From contig CAXXTH010000018.1 in assembly GCA_963668025.2 (NCBI GenBank), forward strand, positions 128,001 to 192,000: a DNA stretch of 64,000 bases, in the 5' to 3' direction. The translations under genes and the position numbers were made by a program. Below the pieces are notes generated by a model. That model was not told where the DNA came from and made no database searches. It saw only the letters and a list, made by a program, of their open reading frames with translations. How positions within the stretch are numbered: the stretch's first letter is position 1; every line of letters starts with the position of its first letter. Positions 19,982-29,418 of the stretch are shown piece after piece. The stretch comes from Candidatus Hydrogenedentota bacterium (GTDB taxonomy: Bacteria; Hydrogenedentota; Hydrogenedentia; Hydrogenedentales; SLHB01).

Positions 19982-21100
19982 TTATATATTGGCTTTACAC
20001 CACTCGAGGGTCTTGGCGATGGAGAAATCTATCTCTTCGGCGGTCAGTTCTGGGAACATCGGAAGAGATACGCAGTTGGCGGCATTGCGTTCCGTGTTGG
20101 CAAGGCTGCCCGAAATGCGCGCTTCTTTGCCCCAAGGATATCCCTCTTGCTGGTGTATCGCGATGGGATAGTGGCACTTGGCGTCCACTCCATTGGCGTT
20201 CAAGAACTCGATCATCGCATCGCGTTTGCCGCTGGGGGTTTCCACCACGTAGAGATGGTATACATGCCGGTATCCGGGAATCTCGTATGGCAGCACCAAT
20301 CCGCTTTGCGCGAGCGCTTTGGTGTATATGGCGGCGATTTCGCGGCGTCGGTCACTCCACTGCGTGATATGCTTGAGCTTGACGCTCAATATGCCCGCAT
20401 GCAAATCATCCAGGCGGCTGTTGAATCCGAAGGAATGCACGGACCGCTTGAGCGAGCCGTGGTTGCGCAAACGTTTGACTTCAGACGCTATACCGCCGTT
20501 ATTAGTAACGACCGCGCCGCCATCGCCGAATGTGCCCAGGTTCTTCTGGATAATGAAGCTGGTGCATACGGCGTCGGACAATTCGCCCATCTTGAAACCC
20601 GCGCCGCGCGCGTCTATGGCTTGGGCGTTGTCTTCAATGACGCGCAAGTTGTGCTTTTTGGCAATAACGGCGATCTTATCCATTTCGGCGCATTGGCCAT
20701 ACAGATGAACCGGAATAATGGCTTTGGTCTTGGAGGTAATGGCGGCCTCGATCTTCGTGGCATCAATGGCATTGGTCTTTGCGTCCGAATCCACGAAAAC
20801 GGCGGTTGCTCCCGCGACCCAAATCGCTTCCGCCGTCGCGAAAAAGGTGTTCGATGTCGTGATCACTTCGTCGCCAGGGCCGATGCCGAGGGCCATGAGC
20901 ACCAGCCAAAGGGCGTCCGTACCCGAGTTGACGCCTATGGCATGCTCCATGCCATGGTACGCGGCCAATTCTTTCTCGAAGCGGGAAAGAGCCGGACCCA
21001 TTACATACTGTCCCGACTCGAGCACATCAGAAATCGCCTGGTCGAGTTCTTTTTTCAGATTGTGATACTGCCTGACATGTCCATAGAATGAAACGTTCAT
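19982..21100 (-). CDS. DegT/DnrJ/EryC1/StrS family PLP-dependent aminotransferase
   Basis: VNSGTDAL, IIPVHLYGQ, IEDNAQA, QKNLGTFGDGG, GFNSRLD. Confidence 0.95.
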   Translation of the reverse strand: MNVSFYGHVRQYHNLKKELDQAISDVLESGQYVMGPALSRFEKELAAYHGMEHAIGVNSGTDALWLVLMALGIGPGDEVITTSNTFFATAEAIWVAGATAVFVDSDAKTNAIDATKIEAAITSKTKAIIPVHLYGQCAEMDKIAVIAKKHNLRVIEDNAQAIDARGAGFKMGELSDAVCTSFIIQKNLGTFGDGGAVVTNNGGIASEVKRLRNHGSLKRSVHSFGFNSRLDDLHAGILSVKLKHITQWSDRRREIAAIYTKALAQSGLVLPYEIPGYRHVYHLYVVETPSGKRDAMIEFLNANGVDAKCHYPIAIHQQEGYPWGKEARISGSLANTERNAANCVSLPMFPELTAEEIDFSIAKTLEWCKANI

Positions 21101-21376
21101 CGATTCCTCCTTGGCGGAATTGCCCCTATTCAGTACACCGGTTTATACAGATCACAGTTCCTTTTCAATCCATTGGGATTGCATGATGGATGGAATCATC
21201 ATACCTGAAACCGCACCGCAACCCAACACTCATGTTAAGCGTTTTCTATTGCCAAATTATGCGAAATCCTACTATGAAATGACAGCAACTGATAGGCGGG
21301 AAATGGGCGGAACGCTTCTCTGGAGTCCTCGGAATTCTCGATGAAGCTGTATAGGCGGGCAGGCGTATTGGACCTT

Positions 21377-21952
21377 TTACGCACGCTTGCTGCTGCTTCC
21401 AAGCAAGGACAGCAATTTATCCCAATACGCAAGCACAATCCACAGCAAAAACGGCAAGGTAATAAAAACCTCGCCCAGGGCGTTGGCCACTTCAGACACC
21501 TGGTAGATCTCTTTTCGGAAATAGAATGCAAGCACCAGAAATGCGAAATGGCAAGCGCACAAAACACCCAGCCCAATGGCGAGTATCACGCCCCGGCGCT
21601 TCCAGGTAATCCCTCCCGTGGCCAGCACCAGCGCGATATATGGCGCAATATTATCCACCAGCCGGCCAATAGAAGAAGGGCTGGCTTTCCCCCCCATGAC
21701 AAAGGCTAAAGTCGTCTCGGTGTTGAATATGCCGCCCGACTCCACTTGAACCCCTTCAATGGGCACGCCGAGTATGAAATGTAAAAATGACGCGGCCACC
21801 CACCCGAGCGCCCAGGCATAGTACGGCATTATTTGCCAAAAGACATAAAGGCAAAACGGTACGATCAGCACGAACCGCAATACCAGAAAAAGCAGCTCCC
21901 TTAGTTGGAAGCCGCTTTCGCTGGTTTTTCCTTCACCAGTAGTTCCACCCAT
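21377..21952 (-). CDS. Exosortase-associated membrane protein
   Basis: About 4 TM segments; PYIALVLAT...WKRR..ILAIGLGVL resembles a degenerate exosortase core without the Cys; overlaps the exosortase 3' end. Start uncertain. Confidence 0.65.
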   Translation of the reverse strand: MGGTTGEGKTSESGFQLRELLFLVLRFVLIVPFCLYVFWQIMPYYAWALGWVAASFLHFILGVPIEGVQVESGGIFNTETTLAFVMGGKASPSSIGRLVDNIAPYIALVLATGGITWKRRGVILAIGLGVLCACHFAFLVLAFYFRKEIYQVSEVANALGEVFITLPFLLWIVLAYWDKLLSLLGSSSKRA

Positions 21953-23208
21953 AACAGCCATACCACCACCACAAAAATGATAAAAATCCCTTGCCACACA
22001 TATTCATGCACAAATTTAAAAATCTGGCCGCCACGGTCCACGGCCCCAATATATCCCAAACAGGTCAAGCGCCCCACATTGACCAAATATAGGAGCGGCA
22101 CGCCGAGAATAATGCCCACTAGGCGTTTCCAGTAGCGGGCGGGAAACGCCAGCACCGCCGCTACAAAAATGGCCATGGAGGGGATCGCGCCGCAATCGGG
22201 CACTAGCGTGAATGAAAAGGCCACAGGACGGCGTTCGTCACTGCTGGGCGGCAACGACGTAATATATGCTTGAACCGTATCCAGTTCCTGCTGAATGGCC
22301 GCTTGTTGCGCGGACCGCTCCTCTTCCGAAAGCTCCGTATCTTTCCCGATAGCCTCCAGCCGGTTCTGGAGTTCCGCCGTTTGCTGGGAAGGAGAGCGCT
22401 CTTTGATGAAACCGACCAGCGGGCCATTGTTTTTAAGCTTCTCTTGGAGCTGCACCAAGCGGCTCCTCAGGAACTCCTTCTCCTTTATACGCAATTCGGC
22501 AACCTGTTCTTGCAGCCGCTCCAGCGTCGAAGTGAAAGACTGGAAATCCAAACCGCCCTGGCCAAGCGACACCCCTGTTTCATTCAGCACTTGATTAATG
22601 TTGGGAAGCGCTTCGGTTATTTCCTTAGGTGCGGACGATTCACCCAGCGTGGAAGAGCGCGTCTCGCGAATCACATTCTCCAGCTCGCCGACTTCGATGC
22701 GGATTGCCGCCAAATGGTCTTCCGGGGTAGTGACCACTGTGCTCTTTGGCTCAAGCGTTTTTAACGCTTCTTTGTGTTTTTGGATCGATTTTAATAAAAC
22801 AACCGTCTTGTACCGGCAAGATTCCCATGCCGTCAATGCAGGCGCACTTTCACCTTCCGCGCCTGGGTCCGATTGGGCGGCTTGCCGTCCGTCCCATTGC
22901 TGCAACACACTTCGAATCTCTTGCTCCCGGCCGGAATAGGCCGAAGCCGGTTCCACTTGGCACGAATCCCCAAACAAACGAAGCGCCCAACTGGTATGCG
23001 TGCCAACCAGATAAAGATAATAATCGTTCGCTTTCGAGCCAATTACATATCGATAACCTGCCAGCATCGCCAATACCGCTACCAGAAACACCACCACGAA
23101 CATTATGGTGCGGCGTTTTCGATCATCCGGCTCCTGCGGAGCCTTCACCGGCTCTGGCTTCGGAAACGATACATATCCACTTACTTTGACGTCGTTTGCG
23201 TCAGGCAT
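21901..23208 (-). CDS. Exosortase/archaeosortase family protein (XrtH-like) with large soluble insertion
   Basis: Cys-Arg-His triad context: VPDCGAI..MAIFVAAVLAFPA, VNVGRL, FVHEYVWQGIF. Start uncertain (ORF open to 23394). Confidence 0.88.
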   Translation of the reverse strand: MPDANDVKVSGYVSFPKPEPVKAPQEPDDRKRRTIMFVVVFLVAVLAMLAGYRYVIGSKANDYYLYLVGTHTSWALRLFGDSCQVEPASAYSGREQEIRSVLQQWDGRQAAQSDPGAEGESAPALTAWESCRYKTVVLLKSIQKHKEALKTLEPKSTVVTTPEDHLAAIRIEVGELENVIRETRSSTLGESSAPKEITEALPNINQVLNETGVSLGQGGLDFQSFTSTLERLQEQVAELRIKEKEFLRSRLVQLQEKLKNNGPLVGFIKERSPSQQTAELQNRLEAIGKDTELSEEERSAQQAAIQQELDTVQAYITSLPPSSDERRPVAFSFTLVPDCGAIPSMAIFVAAVLAFPARYWKRLVGIILGVPLLYLVNVGRLTCLGYIGAVDRGGQIFKFVHEYVWQGIFIIFVVVVWLLWVELLVKEKPAKAASN

Positions 23209-23465
23209 GCGCGCGGTACTCCCGAATAAAAAGCCTGCTTCACCCTGTGAGGCGAAGCACGGCCTGTGAAGCGTTTCAAGGGCATCAAAGCATATCATGT
23301 TCAAAGCCATGGGGCAACCATCAAATACCTGCGTAAAATGGTCACAATGCGAGACATACGATAACGCGGAATAAAAACAGGAAGGCGTTTTCAACGAAGA
23401 ATGGACTTAACTATGACTTTAACCTTCAGTGGAATTTTTCCGTAGATAAAGCATGCACATTTCAT

Positions 23466-23533
23466 CCAGGCGCATGGACTCCCCGTTTCCCGGTGGGCGT
23501 CCATGCGTCTGGGCGGTTTTGTTTGGGGCATGG
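23466..23533. repeat. 68-bp hairpin-containing block identical to 29351-29418
   Basis: ccaggcgcatggac...gtccatgcgtctgg stem directly after the last beta-helix gene. Confidence 0.85.
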
Positions 23534-25048
23534 CTATTTTCTCATCCGCCGCGCACGCCATAGGGCAACGAGGAGGAGGCCGGTGAGGGCGGCTCCGGCG
23601 GCGAGGGGCAATATGGGCGGCGTGCTCGATGGATCGAGCGGATCCGTGCCGTATTGGATCTCGATGCCGTCGGGCACATGGTCACCGTCCGTGTCGGCCT
23701 TGTAGAGGTGGGTGTGATACGTGGTCCACTCGGTGTTGTTCGTGAGGCCGTCGCCGTCTGAATCCGCTTCCGGGTCGTACTCGTACGCGCCAAAATCGTA
23801 TTTTTCATTAATAGGGCGCGCCGTGCCCGCCAAATCGGGAGTAAAAAGCTCCGGCACGGTCGAGTAGAGCAGCTCATTTCCGTCTATGGCTGGGCTATCG
23901 GGCATCAGGCGGTAATCTCCGTGTTCCGCATCCACGAAATGAGGGTCGCCACTGAACAACACCCCCCATTGGCGATACACTCCCTGTTCGACCTTTACAG
24001 GCTCATCCCCGGCATCGGGCATCAAATTGGTCTCCGCGTTTATCTCGCCATACAAATATATCGTCGGCCCTTCCGGAGCCTGGTTGTTTATAAATGTGCA
24101 GTGAGAGACATTGTAAGTGTTAATCCATATCTCTGTCTGGGCATCTCTCGAAGAATGCAGCCAAAGAGCCCCGCCTTGTTCATCCGCTGCATTATCAATG
24201 AACAAGCAATTGGAAATTCCGCCGCCGCCAAACATATCTAGCGCACCTCCATATGCGGCGCTATTGTTACGAAAAATGCATCTGACAAAATAGCAGCTAT
24301 CCCCACATCGAGCCACTCCTCCATGCCCGTCTGAAGAAAGCGCCTTATTGTATTCAAAAATACAGTCATAAAAGGATGCTATCCCAGGCGCATCTTTCAC
24401 GCCACCCCAAGGCGCCTCGTTTTGTGTGAATTTTGTGTTTCTAACCGTTATCGTTCCACCACGTTGACCAATGGCCCCTCCCGCACTTGACGCTTGATTG
24501 TTTGTGAAAAGACAGTTGCGTATTTCCACTTGCGCGTATGCTTGAGTGCTTAGGCCTCCTCCGGATTTACCCAACGAACCCGAACCTGGTTTGTTTGCAA
24601 ATCCGCCAGTAATAGTAAATCCGTCCAAAATAGAATTATTTCCCGCATTGACAACCGAATATGCGGGAGAGCCTTGGAAGGATTTTGAACCATCTATTAC
24701 CGTGGATTCTGGCAGGATATCTCTCTCTTCAACGGAAGTCTCATCCCCGTTGAATCCACCAAATAACTGTATTTCATCGGACAATTTCAGACAGCCTGCC
24801 GGTATGTCTTGAATCATCCCGGTTCTTTCCTCATCATAGAAGCCTTTCGCAACCCAAACCTCACCCGCTCCCGAAACGCTAGCGGCATCAATTGCGGGCT
24901 GAATTGTTTTGAACGCCGTCTGCCACGACGTTCCATCCTCCACATCGGATAGGTTGTCTTTATCGACGTACCACACATCCGCTATGGCGGGTAGCGCGAC
25001 GATAAATGCACTCGAGAAGCATAGGCAGAGCAAAAGACGTTGGCTCAT
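23534..25048 (-). CDS. Secreted parallel beta-helix protein P5 with Ca-binding repeats and C-terminal sorting tail
   Basis: Signal peptide, VWYVD..W.TAF.TIQ.AI, GGA/N repeats, DPHF..DYRL..DSPAID...GAYE, DSDGDGL/GTDPLDP, tail LPLAAGAALTGLLLVALWRARR; GGAGG RBS, ATGA-coupled to P4. Confidence 0.85.
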   Translation of the reverse strand: MSQRLLLCLCFSSAFIVALPAIADVWYVDKDNLSDVEDGTSWQTAFKTIQPAIDAASVSGAGEVWVAKGFYDEERTGMIQDIPAGCLKLSDEIQLFGGFNGDETSVEERDILPESTVIDGSKSFQGSPAYSVVNAGNNSILDGFTITGGFANKPGSGSLGKSGGGLSTQAYAQVEIRNCLFTNNQASSAGGAIGQRGGTITVRNTKFTQNEAPWGGVKDAPGIASFYDCIFEYNKALSSDGHGGVARCGDSCYFVRCIFRNNSAAYGGALDMFGGGGISNCLFIDNAADEQGGALWLHSSRDAQTEIWINTYNVSHCTFINNQAPEGPTIYLYGEINAETNLMPDAGDEPVKVEQGVYRQWGVLFSGDPHFVDAEHGDYRLMPDSPAIDGNELLYSTVPELFTPDLAGTARPINEKYDFGAYEYDPEADSDGDGLTNNTEWTTYHTHLYKADTDGDHVPDGIEIQYGTDPLDPSSTPPILPLAAGAALTGLLLVALWRARRMRK

Positions 25049-26544
25049 CTCGCATACCTCCAACATTTCGTCTCATATATCCGCCATAAGGCTATGAATA
25101 AAAAGCTGATTAGTACGGCTCCGGCGGCAAGGGGAAGAATGGGCGGCGTGCTCGATGGATCGAGCGGATCCGTGCCGTATTGGATCTCGATGCCGTCGGG
25201 GACATGGTCACCGTCCGTGTCGGCCTTGTAGGGATGAGTGTGATAGGTGGTCCACTCCGTATCATTCGTGAGGCCGTCGCCGTCCGAATCCGCCTGCGGG
25301 TCGTATTCATACGCGCCGAAATCGTATTTTTCATTAATCGGGCGCACCGTGCCCGCCAAGTCGGGAGTAAAAAGCTCCGGCACGGTCGAGTAGAGCAGCT
25401 CATTTCCGTCTATGGCCGGGCTGTCGGGCATCAGGCGGTAATCTCCGTGTTCCGCATCCACGAAATGAGGGTCGCCACTGAACAACGTACCAAACCAATT
25501 ATACGCGCCTCGTTCCACCTTTACAGGCTCGTCTCCGGCATCGGGCATCAAATTGCTCTCCGCGTTCACCTGGCCATACAGATATATTGTAGGTCCCTCT
25601 GGAGCTTGGTTGTTGACAAATGTGCAATACAATATATTATGTGAGCCTATCCACCCTTCCGTTTGGGCATCTATACCGCAACTCAGACTTAATGCTCCTC
25701 CCTTTTCATCAGCTACATTGCCAATAAACATACAATTCTCCACTAGACTTGTGGAGTATATCTTTAATGCCCCACCAATAGCAGCATGATTCTCCCGGAA
25801 AATACAACGTACAAACTTAGGTTGCCAGTTTGTCGAACCTCCTGCATAGGCTCCCCTATTTTTCTCAAAAACGCAGTCATAGAAGTCGGCGTCTCCACTT
25901 GCACCTACCGCATCGTTACTTCGGAAGATGCAGTTACGCACTTCCAATATGGATTGCAAGTTGACTGCTGAACGACCTTCGGCTGCCTGATTGCCCTCAA
26001 ATATACAGTTGTTGACATGACTAACGAAGACCTCTCTATTTGCCTCAGTCAGCAAAGCCGCCCCGGAATAGCCCCATTCCCGGGCGTCTCCTCCCGTAAC
26101 CGTGAATCCGTCGATTGTGGAGTTTGCGCTGAGGAACACCACACATATGGCTGGTTGTCCATCAAGTGCATTAGAGCCATCAATTATGGACCTAGACGCT
26201 CCTGACGACCTTTCAGGATGTTCCAGCTCATTTCCTACAAATCCGCCGTAAAGTGATACATTCTCATGTACCATGAGCGAACCGGTCACTACTTGATCAT
26301 ATTGATAATACAAAACCCCATTTCTTGTTTCATTATAGTTGCCTTCCGCCACCCACACTTCTCCGCCTCCATCTGCTTCAGCGGCATCAATCGCGGGCTG
26401 AATTGTTTTGAACGCCGTCTGCCATGATGCTCCATTTTCCACTCCCGATAAGCTGTTTATGTCAACATACCAAACATCCGCTGCGCTGTGAAGTCCGAAA
26501 AGAGCAGCGGTTATCATACTTATCCCTATCTGTCTACAGTTCAT
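25045..26544 (-). CDS. Secreted parallel beta-helix protein P4
   Basis: Same architecture; GGAGGA RBS before ATG 26544; tail variant LPLAAGAVLISFLFIALWR. Confidence 0.85.
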   Translation of the reverse strand: MNCRQIGISMITAALFGLHSAADVWYVDINSLSGVENGASWQTAFKTIQPAIDAAEADGGGEVWVAEGNYNETRNGVLYYQYDQVVTGSLMVHENVSLYGGFVGNELEHPERSSGASRSIIDGSNALDGQPAICVVFLSANSTIDGFTVTGGDAREWGYSGAALLTEANREVFVSHVNNCIFEGNQAAEGRSAVNLQSILEVRNCIFRSNDAVGASGDADFYDCVFEKNRGAYAGGSTNWQPKFVRCIFRENHAAIGGALKIYSTSLVENCMFIGNVADEKGGALSLSCGIDAQTEGWIGSHNILYCTFVNNQAPEGPTIYLYGQVNAESNLMPDAGDEPVKVERGAYNWFGTLFSGDPHFVDAEHGDYRLMPDSPAIDGNELLYSTVPELFTPDLAGTVRPINEKYDFGAYEYDPQADSDGDGLTNDTEWTTYHTHPYKADTDGDHVPDGIEIQYGTDPLDPSSTPPILPLAAGAVLISFLFIALWRIYETKCWRYAR

Positions 26545-26802
26545 GGTAGGAATCCTCCATTCAGAAAATTCTGGCCACAGATCAGTATTGCTCGTACCAG
26601 AAATAGTATTCCCCAATAGAAGGAGTAGGCACTTCATCCGCACCTATGTCTCGTTCTTCATCGATGAGGTATGGACTCGCGTAGATCTCAGGCATAGTGA
26701 TGTTACCCAACGGGTAGGAATCTCTTGGCGCGACGGAATGATCAATGTCGAAGTAGGTAGTCGCGCCGTATACATTGCGCTCTGTATCATGATAAATAAT
26801 TG

Positions 26803-28330
26803 GTAACACTTTAGCCGTCTGGCGCAACTATAAGTAGCGTTTCGGTATAATATAGTTACAAGATGTTGTGGTTTTGGGCCAAGACGCCATGGCGACGGCA
26901 ATAAGTGGCATTCCATTGGGACCGCTGCTCTCGGAGGAGCAAGCCCGAGCGATCTACGCATTGGGCGAAGATGCCGTGGTGTTTGCCCTGTTGGCGCAAT
27001 CCAAGCTGCTGTCGGAGCAGCAGGCCGAGGCGGCGTTCACTTCCCACCAAACGCCCTCCACCCCTTCGGGCATGCAGCCAGTTTACGGGAAACCCCAGAC
27101 GCCTGTGCGCGGCAAGAAAAAGCCGGGACGCAAGATGGGCCACCCCGGCAGCCGGCGCGTGCCGCCCGAACGTATCGACCGGCGTGAAACACACCGCACC
27201 AAGGTGTGTCCCGACTGCGGCGGGCCGCTGGACCGCCGCGCGGAGACCCGCACGCGCTACACCGAAGACATACCCGAAGGCATCCGTCCGGAAATCACCG
27301 AGCATACCATTCACCGCGACTGGTGTCCGCGATGCAAGAAGAAAGTCGAGCCGGTTGTGGCGGCGGCCTTGCCGGGCGCGACCCTGGGCAACCGGGTGCT
27401 GGTCCTCAGCGCGTGGCTGCACTATGTGTTGGGCAACACGCTTTCGCAAATCGTGGAGGTCTTCGATTTCCACCTGCTTTTCCAGGTCACGCCGGGCGGG
27501 CTGCTGCACATGTGGCGCAGGCTGGCGGAGATTCTCCTGCCTTGGTACGAGGCCATTCACCAGGAAGCGCTGGACTCGGCGGTGCTCAACGCCGACGAGA
27601 CCGGCTGGCGCGTGAATGGCAAGACCCGATGGCTGTGGTGTTTCGCCACCAAAGGGCTGAGCTTTTTCCTGATCGACCATTCGCGGGGGAGTCCGGCGCT
27701 CCAGCAGTTCTTCACGCGGGAATTCGCCGGAACGCTGGTGGCCGACTTCTGGGCCGCGTACAACGCCGTGGCGTGCGCCGCCCGGCAGAAGTGCCTCGTG
27801 CATTTGTTGCGCGAACTCGAGCACGTGGAGAAATACAAATCGCCCAGCCCGGCCTGGCCCGCCTTCGCCAAAAAGCTGCGCCGCCTGATTGCCGACGCCA
27901 TCCGGCTGTGGCGGCGGCGCGGCGAGCTCGAACCGGAGGCGTACGACTCGCGCCGCGCGCGCTTCGCCCGGCGCTTGCGGGACTTGTGCGATACGCCCTG
28001 GGAGGACGCCAACGCCAAGCGCCTCATAAAAAGGCTGCGCCGACACCAGGATGAACTCTTCACTTTTCTCGGCCAATCAGATGTTCCCTTCGACAACAAC
28101 TTGGCGGAACGCTCCATCCGTCCTGCCGTTATCCTGCGCAAAAACAGTTACTGCAACCGCAGCGACCAAGGAGCCGCCATACAAGCGGTGCTCATGAGCG
28201 TCTTCTTTACTTTGAAAAAACGCGGGCAAAACCCCGTCTGCACCGTCTGCAACGCCCTGGTCCACTACCTCAACACCGGCCAATTGCCTCCCCTGCCACC
28301 GGAAAACACTTCAGTCGGCTAAAGTGTTAC
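26803..28330 (+). mobile_element. IS66-family element, single-ORF (ISBst12-like organisation), 1528 bp
   Basis: Terminal inverted repeats GTAACACTTTAGCCG at both ends; 8-bp target duplication AATAATTG (26795-26802 and 28331-28338). Confidence 0.95.
26868..28322 (+). CDS. tnpA: IS66 family transposase
   Basis: CPDCG/CPRC zinc finger, NADETGWRV, QKCLVHLLR, DNNLAERSIR. This is the TnpC-type DDE enzyme; no accessory ORFs are present. Confidence 0.93.
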   Translation: MVLGQDAMATAISGIPLGPLLSEEQARAIYALGEDAVVFALLAQSKLLSEQQAEAAFTSHQTPSTPSGMQPVYGKPQTPVRGKKKPGRKMGHPGSRRVPPERIDRRETHRTKVCPDCGGPLDRRAETRTRYTEDIPEGIRPEITEHTIHRDWCPRCKKKVEPVVAAALPGATLGNRVLVLSAWLHYVLGNTLSQIVEVFDFHLLFQVTPGGLLHMWRRLAEILLPWYEAIHQEALDSAVLNADETGWRVNGKTRWLWCFATKGLSFFLIDHSRGSPALQQFFTREFAGTLVADFWAAYNAVACAARQKCLVHLLRELEHVEKYKSPSPAWPAFAKKLRRLIADAIRLWRRRGELEPEAYDSRRARFARRLRDLCDTPWEDANAKRLIKRLRRHQDELFTFLGQSDVPFDNNLAERSIRPAVILRKNSYCNRSDQGAAIQAVLMSVFFTLKKRGQNPVCTVCNALVHYLNTGQLPPLPPENTSVG

Positions 28331-29284
28331 AATAATTGTATACCCCCGATCGATGCACGACGACATGGGATCCGTGTCAAGATGCAGGAAATCATGGAAA
28401 TTCGTGCCATCGAAGGACTGGGTGATAAACCCGGGGCCATTTGCGTCGCCTATGCAACCGCTATGATTGGCGCCTACTAGAGTCGTGAGGTTTTGTATCG
28501 TGTAGCAATTTCTGATGTTCGTGGTTGAAGGGACCCCAAGATCATCATACGCGTATGTAGTGCTGTCACTATTATCCCAGAAGATAAAGTTCGTGATCCC
28601 GTTCACGCCGTTAGGGCCTTCATCGGTTCCATAACTATCATATATGGCCCCGCCCTCTCCATATGGCCCGTTAGCGGTGTTGGACACGAACGTGTTTTGT
28701 TTTAGTTTCAACGGATAATAATACGACATTGCTCCACCCGTTGTGTAAGCATAAATGACCTCATTTTTCCAGAACATGTTACTCATGATGGTGTTTCCAT
28801 TGCACATATCCATCGCGCCGCCGCCACCGTAGACACTAGCGCTACGGTTCTTGATAAACCAGTTCGATAGAATGAAACCATGGCGTGTGTCGCCTGCGGT
28901 CACGGTATCTCCGCAATAGGCCAGCGCCCCGCCGGAACTTGCCTGGTTACACCAGAAAATGTTCAGCCTGATGATCCCGTCGCAATCGTAGCACGCCCCG
29001 CCCGCGCCACTGGCGATATTGCTGGAAATCCAAGACTCATTGACATCATATGCGCCGAAGACATTGCGGTCGATGATGCCGTCCACGTTGTTGATGCATG
29101 CGCCATTGCCGGAAATGCTGTTGTTAATGAACTTGCAGTACATGATGGAGGCCTCGCAGCCATTACCCGCGATGCCGCCGCCATAGGCATACGCCGAATT
29201 CTTCTGAATCGTGAACCCTTGCAGCGAACAATCCCAGTTTTCCGTCCCACTGAACGTGACCGCACGGCCATTGTTGGCGGAGTT

Positions 29285-29323
29285 TAACCACGGGGACACG
29301 GGGCGGCACGGGGATATTTTGGG
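29285..29323 (+). repeat. CACGGGG-type repeat abutting the 5' end of the headless cassette
   Basis: taaccacggggacacggggcggcacggggatattttggg; same family as 11715 and 15849. Confidence 0.85.
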
Positions 29324-29350
29324 CGATGATTTTAGTCGATGCCCAAACGC

Positions 29351-29418
29351 CCAGGCGCATGGACTCCCCGTTTCCCGGTGGGCGTCCATGCGTCTGGGCG
29401 GTTTTGTTTGGGGCATGG
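29351..29418. repeat. 68-bp hairpin-containing block identical to 23466-23533
   Basis: Direct comparison of the two copies. Confidence 0.85.

Larger units (their letters stand above)
26582..29284 (-). pseudogene. Headless alternative C-terminal cassette of the 34013-38482 protein, interrupted by IS66
   Basis: Begins NSANNGRAVTFSGTENWDCSLQG (matches the full gene at 35176). After IS removal it reads in frame ...DRGYTIIYHDTER...RDIGADEVPTPSIGEYYFWYEQY-stop. Confidence 0.88.

Noticed and set aside
19083-21091. Long plus-strand ORFs (362 and 465 aa)
   Set aside because: Antisense shadows of the oxidoreductase and aminotransferase in GC-rich DNA; no motifs.
26856-28076. 406-aa minus-strand ORF inside IS66
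   Set aside because: Antisense shadow of the transposase.
8428-29323. Classical integron attC sites
   Set aside because: A GTTAAAC (GTTRRRY) lies on the minus strand at 29282-29288, but no matching RYYYAAC partner is seen, the other repeat copies lack the core, and no IntI is in the window.
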